64,000 nt of DNA, from positions 32,001 to 96,000 of the IMG/VR virus record IMGVR_UViG_3300025276_000024; one strand, given 5' to 3'. The notes under the pieces are model-generated. The model worked only from the letters and a program-made list of their open reading frames with translations, was not told the origin of the DNA and searched no databases. The translations under genes were made by a program, and so were the position numbers. Shown one piece after another: positions 20,351-32,700 of the stretch (its first letter is position 1; each line of letters begins with the position of its first letter). The stretch is from a virus.

Positions 20351-23344
20351 ATGGCAAAAATTAAAATAAATAAATTACCACAAGGTTTTAGTATCCGTAA
20401 TGGAAATGTTGTAGAAGACAATACTATGAAAGATGGTGGAATGACTACAGGTGATCAAGCTGATTATGGTTTGGTTACAACTCCACAGGCATACTATGGT
20501 GAGACTAATTTTAACAATTCACAAGATGAATCAGTTAGATACAGTTTATCAAGTGTACCTAGAGAAGATGCAAATATAGAAGCAGAAGGTGGAGAAACAG
20601 TATTAACTGATTTGAATAATGATGGTACATTTGGTTTATATGACATACAAGGTCCTAGGCATGGAAGTGGTGGTGTTCCAATGTTTTTGCCTGATCAATC
20701 ATTTATTTTTTCTGATACTAGAAAACTAAAGTTTACTAAAGATGAAATGAATGAGTTTAATGTAGGAGGTAGTAAGAAAACCCCTGCTAAAATATCTAAG
20801 AAATTTGGACTGCAAGATTATTATGCTGAATTAGATTCACAATATGCTGATAACATATCTGCAACAAGTGCAGAGTTAATGTTAAAGAAAAACATGAATG
20901 ATTTATCTAAATTAGCATTTGTACAAGAAGCTAAAAAAGATTTTTCTGATGGTGTACCTTTAGCATCACATCCTTATTTAGTTTCTATAGGGGAAGACCC
21001 AATAGAGTTTACAGCTAAAGTAGAAGAAATATCAAGGAAAGAAGCAGAGGCCAAAGCACTAGCAGCATTACCCATTGAGCAACAGCAACAGATAATGATG
21101 ATGCAACAAATGATGGCTCAACAAGAACAACAACAGGGTATGCAACCACAAGGTATGCAACAGCAAATGCCACAACAAGGTATGCCTTCACCTATGGAAG
21201 AATTTATGCCTCAAGTAGGTGAGCCAGGTTTAGCTATGGAAAACAATGCTATGTTAGGAACTGCAATGTTTGGTTCTGAGTTAGGAGATTTCTTAACTAA
21301 AGCACAAGGGGGTGAGGAAATAGTATATGAGACAGTAGATACTGGAGATACTAATGATGGAGGTGTAACAACAGTTAATGATGGGTTTGGTTCATATTAC
21401 GTACCTCCAACTAGTGCCGCTGAAGAAGGTAAGTATTATCTAAATAAAAACACTGGTCAAGGTTATCAATTTACAAATGGAAAGTATGTTGAAGTAGAAC
21501 AGGTTACTCTTGATAGTGACAATAAAGTAGTCAGACCTCAAGTAGAAGTAGAAGAAACTTCTGAGGAAGTTGCATCAGGACCCACTAATGACGTTGCTGT
21601 GGAAGCTGTAACAACAGATAAAACTGTAGAGGCTACTGATAAACAAGTAGAAACTGTTGTTGATTCTGGGGGTAACAAAAACCCTTATAAAGCAGGAAGT
21701 GAAAAAGCTATAAAGTTTGATAAATTTATTGCTGATGGATATACTCCTACTATAGTAAAAGATGGTAAGAAGAGTAAAATATCTTTTGTACGTGAGGCAA
21801 AAGATGGTAGAACAATAAAAGGAGCTACTGAGGTTCAGGTATTTGATCAAGATAAAATAAAGGGTGCAGGTGGTTTAGGTGATACATATACTCCTGATAT
21901 TAGAGCTCAAGAAGAATTAAATAATGATCCTGATGTTGGTGATGTAGCTACATTTATATCTGGTAAGTTTTCTGGTAATAAATTACCTGACACACAATCA
22001 AGGAATACTGATGGTTTTGGATATGGTTCAGATATGTTTTCTAGTGAAGAATCTGAAGAAGATTTTTATTACAGAAATCAGACTGTTATAGATGAATTAA
22101 AAGCAGATGGTGTTGACTTCCAGTTTAACATGGATATGAAAGATCCAAACTATGATGCAAATTGGAGAGGCTTTCAAAACAAGTATGAAGAGAAAAGAAA
22201 AGAATACTTTGAGAAAAAAAATGTTCAATATATACCATACTTCTTTACAGATGAAGTATTACAAGAAAGACTTAAAAATGATCCTGATACTTATGATACA
22301 GATGGAGATGGTAAGTTAGATAAAGAATGGAAAAAAAGAAGGTTTGATGGTAAGAGAGGTGGTTATACTGTAAATGCTCCTGGGTTTGATATGAATTATC
22401 AAGCAAGAGATGAGCAGTTTATGGAACTTGATGAAGAACCACCAGAAACCAAAATACCACCAGTAGTCAAACCACCACCAAAAAAAGAATGGTGGAAACA
22501 AGATCAAAATAATATTCAAGCTTTAAATAATATTGATGATGAATTGTACCTGCCTTGGGCACCACAATTAGAAGATCAAAAAATTGATTATGTTTTGGAT
22601 GATTATACAGGCCGTGTTAATGCTAACCTTGCAAGTCAAAATACTATGGCTCAAGCATTAGGGGCATATGGTCCACAAGCTATTGCAAGAAGTAATATTC
22701 AAGGAAAAACTTTAGATGCTAATGCAAAAGCTATAAATCAAGTAAATCAAAACAATGTTAAAACAATGAATAGAGTAGCAACTATGCAACCTCAACTTGA
22801 TATGAAAGTTGATATGGCAAACAATGCTACAAATAAACAACTGTATGATGATACTACAGTAGCTCTTCAAAATGCTAATAACTTTGATAATTGGAAGACT
22901 GGTAAAATGAATGATTTATATAATGCTGGAATAACCAATGCAGCAAATACTTATAATATGAATCAGCTATATGATTATTATAATGTAAATACACTAAAAG
23001 GTGGGGATGTTGAATTTGGCCCTAATGGTAAAAAATTAATGAAAGATTCTTCTGGTAACTCAGCTCAGCAAAATATTGAGAATTACCAAGAGCTCCAAAA
23101 ACTAATGGGTAAAGATGAAAAAGGTAATCAACAGCAAGTTCCTGAATGGTTATTTAATCAAACTTATGGTACTACTCCACCAAATGCAAGTAGAACAAAT
23201 GGTCAAAATGAATTATTAAATAATTCAGGAGTAACTGGATATGACGCAGCTGGTAATAAAGTTGGTGGAGCAAGAAAAGGAAAAGAAATAAAGAAGTTAT
23301 CAAAGTGGGCAGTACCTTTTTACAGTGGTAAAATGGGATTATAA
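20351..23344 (+). CDS. Putative internal virion/ejection protein
   Basis: 997 aa; EAEGGE..GPRHGSGG motif, poly-Q/M tract, N/Q-rich helical C-terminus; synteny with cargo genes. Confidence 0.55.
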   Translation: MAKIKINKLPQGFSIRNGNVVEDNTMKDGGMTTGDQADYGLVTTPQAYYGETNFNNSQDESVRYSLSSVPREDANIEAEGGETVLTDLNNDGTFGLYDIQGPRHGSGGVPMFLPDQSFIFSDTRKLKFTKDEMNEFNVGGSKKTPAKISKKFGLQDYYAELDSQYADNISATSAELMLKKNMNDLSKLAFVQEAKKDFSDGVPLASHPYLVSIGEDPIEFTAKVEEISRKEAEAKALAALPIEQQQQIMMMQQMMAQQEQQQGMQPQGMQQQMPQQGMPSPMEEFMPQVGEPGLAMENNAMLGTAMFGSELGDFLTKAQGGEEIVYETVDTGDTNDGGVTTVNDGFGSYYVPPTSAAEEGKYYLNKNTGQGYQFTNGKYVEVEQVTLDSDNKVVRPQVEVEETSEEVASGPTNDVAVEAVTTDKTVEATDKQVETVVDSGGNKNPYKAGSEKAIKFDKFIADGYTPTIVKDGKKSKISFVREAKDGRTIKGATEVQVFDQDKIKGAGGLGDTYTPDIRAQEELNNDPDVGDVATFISGKFSGNKLPDTQSRNTDGFGYGSDMFSSEESEEDFYYRNQTVIDELKADGVDFQFNMDMKDPNYDANWRGFQNKYEEKRKEYFEKKNVQYIPYFFTDEVLQERLKNDPDTYDTDGDGKLDKEWKKRRFDGKRGGYTVNAPGFDMNYQARDEQFMELDEEPPETKIPPVVKPPPKKEWWKQDQNNIQALNNIDDELYLPWAPQLEDQKIDYVLDDYTGRVNANLASQNTMAQALGAYGPQAIARSNIQGKTLDANAKAINQVNQNNVKTMNRVATMQPQLDMKVDMANNATNKQLYDDTTVALQNANNFDNWKTGKMNDLYNAGITNAANTYNMNQLYDYYNVNTLKGGDVEFGPNGKKLMKDSSGNSAQQNIENYQELQKLMGKDEKGNQQQVPEWLFNQTYGTTPPNASRTNGQNELLNNSGVTGYDAAGNKVGGARKGKEIKKLSKWAVPFYSGKMGL

Positions 23345-23403
23345 ACTTAAAGGGTTTATATAAAACACTTTGTAAACTTATATAATTATATTAATTTTAC
23401 ATT

Positions 23404-26400
23404 ATGGCAACATACGTTAAAGGAGTAGAAACATACTTACCAGATATTAAACCGTTTACACCGGATTATAAATTCTTGTCTGCAGTTTTAGAGACTAGAA
23501 CAGATAAGTATGATAGAAACTATAAAGCTACAAATGACTTATATAATAAAGTTGTTTATGCAGACTTAGCAAGAGAAGATACTAAAGAAAGAAGGGATCA
23601 ATATGCAGAACAAATTGCTCCTAACATTGAACAAATATCAGGATTAGATTTATCATTGCAATCAAATGTTGATGCAGCTAAAGGTGTGTTTGCCCCTTTC
23701 TATGACGATGATATGACTGTAAGAGATATGGTATATACCTCAAGGTTTAGAGACCAGAATAGGCAAGCACAGAACTTATTAAATTCTCCTGACCAAACTG
23801 TACAAGATCAGTATTGGGAAGTTGGTAAACGAGCTATGCAATATCAAATGGATGAGTTTATTAATGCTGATCCAGATAAAGCTATGTCTATGAGGTTACC
23901 AGAGTTTGTTCCTCAAGCTAACTTATTTAAGATGAGTCAACAGTTGTTAGAAAACATGGACCCACCTCTTAAAATGAAGATGGATAGATTTGCTAAAGTT
24001 GCAAATCCTAATTTTAATCCAAATCAAGATGTATCAAAATCAAACCCAAAAGAAATAGCAAATACTGATTGGGTTATTACTGAGCAAAATGGTTCTTTAG
24101 TAACTGGTGCTGCATTACAAACAATACGAGCAAGTTTAATTGATAATGCTGGAGTACAAAAAGCATATCAGACTGAGGCTTATGTAAAAAGTATGGACTG
24201 GGCTACACAAGCTGTAGAAAGCGGAAGTGCAGGTTCACTTGCTAATGGTCAAGAAATGTGGGCAACTGAAACTGTTAGAAGAATAGAAGCAGTAAATCAA
24301 TATAAATTAAATAATGATTTAAAGAGTTTAGAAAAAGCAGAAAAAGCTGCAGTAACATGGGCAAATTATAAAGGTGGTAAAGGTCTTGTACCTGGTAGTC
24401 AATTAGATAACTTAGATAAAGAACAATTATCTGATATAGAAAAATATAAATTAGATATTGAAGCTAAGAAAAGAATAGCTAATGAGGCCGTATTACCTTC
24501 TCCAACAAATCAGAACCTATTAAATAAAGCATATAGTTTATATATGCAAAGCAATATTTTAAATGATATGCAAGAGTCTGCACAATCATGGAGTGCTAGA
24601 GACTACATATATGAAATGAATCCTAATGAGTTTGCTCTTAAAGAAAAACAGTTTAAGTACAACATGGCTGAAATTTCAGCACGTAGTACTAATGCTTTTA
24701 ATCAAGCAAAGTATAATGCAGATAGAAAAGATAATAATACTTTATTAGATAAAGGCTACCAATATGATGACGCAGGTAATTTGGTGAAAATGCCTTGGGC
24801 TGAAGGTGGTGGTGGAGCAAATAGTGGTTTAGGAGCTTTCCTTAATCAAGGAGGAGTAACTATTGGTGATGCTAATACAATTGAAGGAGCGGTAGATAAG
24901 GACGGAGATGTTTCTCCAAATTCAGATATTATGGAAACAGCTAAAGCTGACCATGGTCTTCATATGCAAAATGTAGGTAGAGAGCAAATTTCTATGTTGT
25001 TAGGTTCAACGGGACAAGTGGGTATGTTACAACAGCTTAATCCTAAAGGAAATACTGGTGATGATAATCAAAGGTTTAGAATTAATTTAGGAGGTAGAGA
25101 AGTTGTAGGTGATTTACAGGAAATAAGAAAAGAACTTTCACAACCTATGAATAGAGATGGTTCCGGTGGTTTAAAATATCTTAATGATATTAAAAACTTG
25201 TATACAGAGCAACAACTTCTTTTTAATGATACAAGACAAGTAACTAAAGATAATATAGAAACTACACAAGGTGATGCTAATCAAAGGACACAATATGATG
25301 ATCTATATGATTTGATGTCAGGACCTAATGGTACTAATATAAAAATGAAAGCTGGTGATGTATTTATAAAAGAAGCATATAAGACATATAAACAAGCCTT
25401 TGATCAAAATCAAATATTAGAAACAGCAAGAAAAGATAGTGACATAAGAGGGTTTATGGATGCAGGAATGCCAACTCTTTTTGCTGAAGGATCAAACATG
25501 CCTTACAGTCTAAAAGAATATCAAGATGCAGTTATAGAAGGAGTTAAAAACGGTACTATAAAAAACTATGATGAATGGGGATGGGATATTGGTACAAGTG
25601 AAAGAAACTATTTAATTCCACTAAGGGAAAAGGTACAAGGGAAACCAAGTACTAGTATTTCACCAACAACTGGTGTAGTTACCACATCAGATGGTTCATA
25701 TATGAGAGATGTATTTGAAGCAGATGGTGTTACTCCAGTAATGACTGTAGATGTCAGAGCTATTAGAGCTGAGGCAAAACAAGTATATGATGAATTAAAG
25801 ACTAATCTTAATGCTGCACTTACAGATCAAAAAGATGCTAATACAAATTCAGCTTCTTTTAATTCTATTAAGTATGGTATAGAGGGTGGATACGCAGATG
25901 TCATTAGTAATTTTACATATAACTATACTGTTAATCCGTTATCACGGGATGCTGATAGTGAAAATGAAGTTATCAATTTTGTAGGACAAATGAGAGATAT
26001 GGATTCTAAAGGTTTACCATATGGAATAGGCGTAGGTAAATTAGGTAATGTAGGTGAGTTAACAGAAAAAGATCCATTAGCTATTAAGGTTAGGGATAGA
26101 TTGATGAAAGATCTTCAAACTTGGATTAATAACCCTAAGAGATCTAACACTGCAGCAATTGCTCCTATATTTAATTTAGCTTACAAGCCTGTTTTTGGTA
26201 GAGCAAAAGAAGCTAATAAAGTTCATGCTGGTTATGAAGTTGGTAATATAGATGCTTGGCTTGCATCATATGTAAAAGGCGGAGTCAATGATGAGTATGG
26301 TGTATTTTCCAGGGATGATTTAAAAAGGCTTAAGGGTATTGGTGATGATAATGAAGGTTCAGGTATATTTGTTGTATTTGATCAAGAGTATGATTTAAAT

Positions 26401-26775
26401 ACTAAAGCTAAAAAGAATGATTATTATTCTAGTACTGAAGTAGATATATTAAGTGGAGATGATAGTGGCTATGCTGACTACAAAGTTCCTAATGATAATG
26501 GTATAACACCAACTGCTGAGTTTAGAGTTATTAAAAATGGTACTGGTGATTATTCAGTTCAATATTCTGTCAATACATATAATCCAAAACCTGCAGATCC
26601 AGACTTAGCAGCAAACTGGTCAGAATATACTCAAGAGACGGGAACAGTACCTATGGACTTTAAACATGGACTACGTGGTATAGATGTACAAGTTCAAAAT
26701 TATCTCTTTGAATATAGAAATACTAGAGATAATAATCAGCGCCTAAGACAAAAAGATGAGGCTATTAATAAATAA
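23404..26775 (+). CDS. Putative ejection/cargo protein
   Basis: 1123 aa, helical, immediately upstream of the virion RNAP as in crAss-like phages. Confidence 0.55.
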   Translation: MATYVKGVETYLPDIKPFTPDYKFLSAVLETRTDKYDRNYKATNDLYNKVVYADLAREDTKERRDQYAEQIAPNIEQISGLDLSLQSNVDAAKGVFAPFYDDDMTVRDMVYTSRFRDQNRQAQNLLNSPDQTVQDQYWEVGKRAMQYQMDEFINADPDKAMSMRLPEFVPQANLFKMSQQLLENMDPPLKMKMDRFAKVANPNFNPNQDVSKSNPKEIANTDWVITEQNGSLVTGAALQTIRASLIDNAGVQKAYQTEAYVKSMDWATQAVESGSAGSLANGQEMWATETVRRIEAVNQYKLNNDLKSLEKAEKAAVTWANYKGGKGLVPGSQLDNLDKEQLSDIEKYKLDIEAKKRIANEAVLPSPTNQNLLNKAYSLYMQSNILNDMQESAQSWSARDYIYEMNPNEFALKEKQFKYNMAEISARSTNAFNQAKYNADRKDNNTLLDKGYQYDDAGNLVKMPWAEGGGGANSGLGAFLNQGGVTIGDANTIEGAVDKDGDVSPNSDIMETAKADHGLHMQNVGREQISMLLGSTGQVGMLQQLNPKGNTGDDNQRFRINLGGREVVGDLQEIRKELSQPMNRDGSGGLKYLNDIKNLYTEQQLLFNDTRQVTKDNIETTQGDANQRTQYDDLYDLMSGPNGTNIKMKAGDVFIKEAYKTYKQAFDQNQILETARKDSDIRGFMDAGMPTLFAEGSNMPYSLKEYQDAVIEGVKNGTIKNYDEWGWDIGTSERNYLIPLREKVQGKPSTSISPTTGVVTTSDGSYMRDVFEADGVTPVMTVDVRAIRAEAKQVYDELKTNLNAALTDQKDANTNSASFNSIKYGIEGGYADVISNFTYNYTVNPLSRDADSENEVINFVGQMRDMDSKGLPYGIGVGKLGNVGELTEKDPLAIKVRDRLMKDLQTWINNPKRSNTAAIAPIFNLAYKPVFGRAKEANKVHAGYEVGNIDAWLASYVKGGVNDEYGVFSRDDLKRLKGIGDDNEGSGIFVVFDQEYDLNTKAKKNDYYSSTEVDILSGDDSGYADYKVPNDNGITPTAEFRVIKNGTGDYSVQYSVNTYNPKPADPDLAANWSEYTQETGTVPMDFKHGLRGIDVQVQNYLFEYRNTRDNNQRLRQKDEAINK

Positions 26776-26786
26776 ATCAACATTAG

Positions 26787-29700
26787 ATGGAAAACGAATC
26801 TAAAGGCCCTTTATCAGAGGAAATAGTATCACAACAAAGACCTGCCCCAAGTATTATACCTGAAGGGCAGTTCCGCTTTGAACCAATTGCTGATTTGTTT
26901 GAAACTCCTGAAACTAACTTTAATGATCTATTAATGAGTGGACCATTAGCTGCTGATGAAATATCAGGTGTTAATGAATATAAAGCTGATATAGATAAGT
27001 ATGGTATAAGTGCTATGGCTTCTTTAGGTGTAGGTGTTCCAAGTTTTGCAACTGATACATATAATCCAATTGCTCAGGATCAACCTGATAAGAGTACATT
27101 TTCTAAAATGCAAGAGCTTTCTACTCTGCCAAATGCACCCGTGTCTACTAATAGATTAGCTCCTGTGTTTTCAGGAATGAGACAAACTCAATTTTTGAGA
27201 TATTATAATCATCCTGAATTTGATAAGTTAGGTTTTTCACCATATGCAAATATGGAGAACTTTTATAATGAGAATTCTACTATATGGGATGATATGGAAA
27301 GAATGAGAGGACAATGGTTTTCTCTAGCCGGTACTGGATTAAATTCTGTATATGGATCACTTACAAGTGGTACTGATTACCTAGAACCAGACTTAGCTTC
27401 TGCTTCAGAATTTGAAGATATAATGGCAATCTCTTCTTCTACTAGAGGTGGAGTAGGTGGTTTCATTAATAACTTAGCTGCTAACTCTGCATACACAGGG
27501 GGTATACTTGCATCAATAGCAATTGAAGAAGTAATACTTGCAGGAGCAGCAGCATTACAAGGTGGTATGAATCCTGTTTCTGATGCAGCTCTTATAGCAA
27601 GAACCGCTAAGAATACAGTAACAGGTACAAAAGCTCTTTATAGTTTTACAAAATTATTTGAGAGAACAAGAAAGATATTACAAAAAGCTAAAGAATTAGA
27701 AACAGCAAGAGATTTTTTTACTGCTGTAAAATCAGGAGGTAAAATGTCACTTAATCTATTAGGTAAAGGATTTACACCTAATACAGTAAAGGCATTTAGA
27801 AATATTAAGACTGCTGAAAATGCTGGTCAGAATATGTCTAATCTAGCTAAGATGTCTACTAAGTTTGGTGGATTTTATAGAGACCTTAGAGCAGTTAATT
27901 TAGCAATGGCTGAATCTAAACTTGAAGCAGGAATGGTTTACAACCAGGTAATGAGACAAGGTTTAACAGAGGCATCTAATAAAAATATGGGTAAAGGACC
28001 CGGAGAAGATTTTGAAGGAGATATAGCCAATGCAGCAAACAATGCATCATTCAAAGCTATGTTAGCTAATGCACCTTTAATTTATGCAAGTAACTGGTTT
28101 GTTATTGGTAATGCATTAGGTGGTTTTCAAAGAGGAATACAAAGAACATTAGGTAATACATTTCAAAAAGGTTTTGCTAAAAATATAGTTAATACTGCAG
28201 GTAAGAAAGTAGTAAACTCTGCTGGTGAATTAATTAAAAGCCCATTTAAATATGTAGGCAATAGCTTTTCAAACATGTGGGGTAAGGTTAAAGCTGGTGG
28301 CTTTAAAGGTCTTACCGGTGCAGGTAGTATAGCAATGCTTGATTATTTTGCTGCTAACGTTGCAGAAGGTATACAAGAGATTGGACAGGAAGCTATCTCA
28401 GCAGCAACTGTAGGTTACTATACTGAAATACTAGATAATCCTGCACAAGGAGGTATTGATTTAAGAAATCAAATGATAATGTCTGCAATGGGTGATCAGT
28501 TTTCTGCTGAAGGAGCCAATGTATTTTTATCTGGTTTTCTTATGGGTGGATTAGTATCTGGTCCACAAAAATTATTCTTTCAAGGTGTACCTTCTATATA
28601 TAATTATGGGCTTCAGCAAGCTGGTATTGGTTTAGCATCTAAGTCTCAAAAAGAAGCATACGCAGAATACAAGAAGAACAGAGAGGAAATGATTGATGAG
28701 GTTGTGAAATCTTATAATAAATCATGGGATACTCAAGCATATGACCCTTCAGACTTATTTGATCTTACAAGAATGAACTTTATGGTTCAAAAGGAAGCAG
28801 CAGAAAGTATCAGAAAGAATGTATTTAGCCAAGACAGGTTCGGTGTTATAGATGCAAAAGATGCATCTAAATTTTCACAGTATAATTATATGTTTGCTAC
28901 AGGAGGATCAGCTAATTTTAAAAATCAATTACAAGGATTTCTAGAATTATCAGATGAAGAACTCATACAAGCATTTCCTAATGTATCTAAACAAGATAAA
29001 CAATCTGGAAAGTTAAGAGAACGTATTACTAGTATGATGACTAGTATGGATAAAATTGAAGATTCCTATAATAGGAATAAAGATAAAAATGTAAACCCAT
29101 TTAATAAAAATAAGTACAATAGAAAGACTCAAGAAACAGAATATATTGCTGAAGCATTAAATCAATATGCATATGATCATGTGCGTTATTTACAAATGTT
29201 TACTGAGAACGGTTTTAACAGAGCGTTAGAAAGAGCAGATGGTATTTATTCTATATTAGAATCTGAACCATTATTTAAAGGCATGTCTGCTAATGATATA
29301 ACAGTTTTACTAGACTCAGATTCAATAGAGAAAGAAATATCAATGCTTCAACAACAAATTGCAGCTACTGAAGGTGCTGACAAAGGTCTTGGAGAAAGCA
29401 ATAAAACCAAAAGACAAAAAATTAAAAGGTTGACAGCAATGTATAAGATTGTTACTGACCCACAAAATAGATTTAAGAATGGAACCTTTAAAAGAAATAA
29501 ACTTTTAAAAGGAAAACTAAGAAGTGAATTTAAAAATTATGTAAGATTCATGGCATCTAGTAAAGGTGAATTTGTATCTGAAGATAAAATAGATACAGCA
29601 CTTGAACAGATAGTTGATTATGGTGCTCTTAAAGGTAGAGCAAGGGTATATGATAAAGCCATTCAGTATTTACAGAATCCTGAAAAGTTTGCTGAGATAC

Positions 29701-32700
29701 AACAAAGACAGTATGAAGTAAATAAAGTTATATATGGTAAGAGAGCTGAGATTACTAGAAGATCTGTAGAGAAGTATACAGAAGTAGTTGAAGCCAATGA
29801 GTTTGTAAACCAATTGGCTAAAGAAGGAATATTTGCTGACATTGGTGAAATGGAAATGTTTTTAAAAACAGGAAATATTAATTTCTTACAAACATTTTAT
29901 GATGATAATGGTTTGATAAATCCTGCTGTGCATGAAATTAAACATGGCATGATTCAAAGGCTAATTGGAGATTGGAAAAGTACTAGAAAAGATGTTAAGC
30001 CAGAAGAAGAAAAATCTGAGGAAGAGGCAGCTGTAGAACAAACAGAAGACTCAAGAAATAAATTAGATACACTATTAGATAAAGCAGGTATTACAATTGA
30101 TATTGATACTACAACTAATAGCCCATTAGTTGTTAAAGCATTAAAGAAAAACTATGCTTTATATAGAGCTAGACAAACTAGACTAGGTCTACCTATTTTA
30201 GATAGTGTTGAATGGGCTAATTCAGCTGAAGCATTAGATGTTAGGAATACAGTAAATGCACTAAAAAGAATTTGGGCATCAGGTGAGGCATCTGTGAATA
30301 GTGCAGATGGAACTTTAATATTTAATAATCCAAAAGAGTCAGATATAATTAATGGTGATATTGGATTTGAGGAATTTTTACAAGATTCAGAAGTTTTAAT
30401 TAATAATCCTTTGGTTCAAAGTGTTTTAAATCAAAGTACATTAGATCTATCTAATATAGTTTCAATGGCTGAAACAGAGTTAGAAGAAGGTGAATCTTTA
30501 CCAGATACTCCACAAAGACAATTCTATAAAGGAGGCCTTGCTGGAGATATATATAAAATAACAACTTTTGATAAAACTAATAACACTACAGATGTATCAT
30601 ATCAAATTTTAGATAAATCAGGTAACCCATTATCAAAAGAGTATTTAGATTTTCTAGATGACAACTTTGCATCTGTACAGGGTACTTTTCTAGAGAAAGA
30701 AGCACAGATAGCAAAAGATGCATTAGATGCCTTAGATGAGACTATGCCAGATACAACAGAGTTTTCTTTTGATGGTGTTGGTGGTTTAACATATGGTCAG
30801 CCTGTCTATAAAGGAAGTGTTAAATATATAGTAGTTCAGAAGCCTCAGTATTCAAATAGATTTGGAGATAACCAAAAACTTAAAGTTATTAAAGAGTCTG
30901 AAAATGTTGGACCAATATCAGAAAGAAAGTTTGAATTTATTGAACAAGGTGATTTTGCTAACAACTTTACTGTTGAAGAAACAACGTTTAATTTATTACC
31001 TGATTCTGTTACTAAGATTCAAATAAAAGATCTAACAACTTTATATCCTCATACAAACTATACTGAGCTAGGTGCTGGAGAAAATTCAATAGCAAGGGAA
31101 AGTGCTATACGTAGTGATAACCTAAAGGCTAAAGATAGATTTAATATGATATTGTCTGAACTAAGCCCTAGTGAAATTGAAGGTTTAGAATTTGTGGTGT
31201 CATTAGATCCTAATGGAGGTAATGTAAGGGGAGCTTATACAGCAAAAAATAGAGATGGTAAAATATATAAAGAAGCAAATCCATTAATTGATGCACGTAC
31301 TAGTAAGTATATTATAGGTGTGAGAATTGCTAATCCAAAATTAAGGGCTGATATAAACAATAAGCTTATTGATAGTGGGATGGAAATTTCTAATAGCCCA
31401 GAAGAAGTATTTGCATATTTAAATAATGAAGCTTTTATAATTAGAGATCAACGTACAGGAAAAGAAATTGATCCTAGATCAATGAATAATGAGCAAGCAA
31501 GTAATGTTATATTACAACCAAATAAAAACTTGACACTTGAAGAAAAACAAGCGGCTCTTAGCAAAGTACAAAATGACTTTGCATTAAATGCATTAATAGT
31601 TCAATCATTTGATAAACTAGATATAGGTAGTACACCTCAATACTTTGTAGCAGGTAGTAAAGAATTACCTTTTACAATTGACCTTACAGCTGGGGGTGGT
31701 AAAGTTGCTTATGCAAAATCAAGAGAAAGGGTTTATCCTATTCCAATGGATGCATTACAATATGATACAGCAGACAGTGAAGGTAATTTATTTGTTTTTA
31801 ATTTAAAATATAATAAAGAAACAGGGCAAAGAGACTATGACTTTACTACAAATCTAAAAGGTGCTGAGAGAGATGCACTTGAAGATGCTGTTGAGTTACA
31901 ACTTAAAAAGCAAAATCAATGGGATAATCTATTACGTGCTGGTAAAGGTACTGATAGATATCTTGCTATGGTTAGATTACCTAATGGTACATTTGCCAAA
32001 GTAAATCTAAAGCCTACTGTATATACTACTGAAGAACTAGATGCTAAACAAGTAGAAGTAGTAGAGGCAGCTAAGAGAATTGGTGCTATTAAAAGTATGG
32101 AAAAAAGCATTGAAGAAGCAGTAAAATACAATGCAGAATTACAAGACTCATTATTTTTAAGTAGCAAGCCTGGTAATTTAATTGAACTTAATGTGGGTCC
32201 TGATGGGTCCATCTTTCTTTCTTTAGATAATACAAATACTAAAACTTCTTTTAATATAGGTTTAACCCCAGAAGAAGTTAATGCAACAGATAGATCTGCT
32301 AAAGATGTAATTAATGATTTAGTTGAAAAATTTAATCTTGATACTGATGGTGGTGGAAGAGTAGAGAAGCTAAGTGCAGAATTAAAAAGTGGCAATTTTA
32401 GAAGATCTTTCCCTACAGATACAGATCCACAAACAATATATGATAATGCAGTTACAGAAGTATTACCTGAAGTTGTTGAAGCTCAAACTGTTGAAGTATC
32501 TGCATCATCAGATGCAATACAACTTTCACGTGATATTGCTTTTATTCCTTCTAATGATAAAAGCAAAAAGGTAGAAGAAGAAGGTGAACTTGGTAGAGAA
32601 AGACCTACGGCTGAGGAAGATGTTGATAGTGTAGCTTATATGGAAGATGCAGAGTTTGAGGAAAAACTAGCTAATGTATCACAAGCTGGTATAGGTGATA

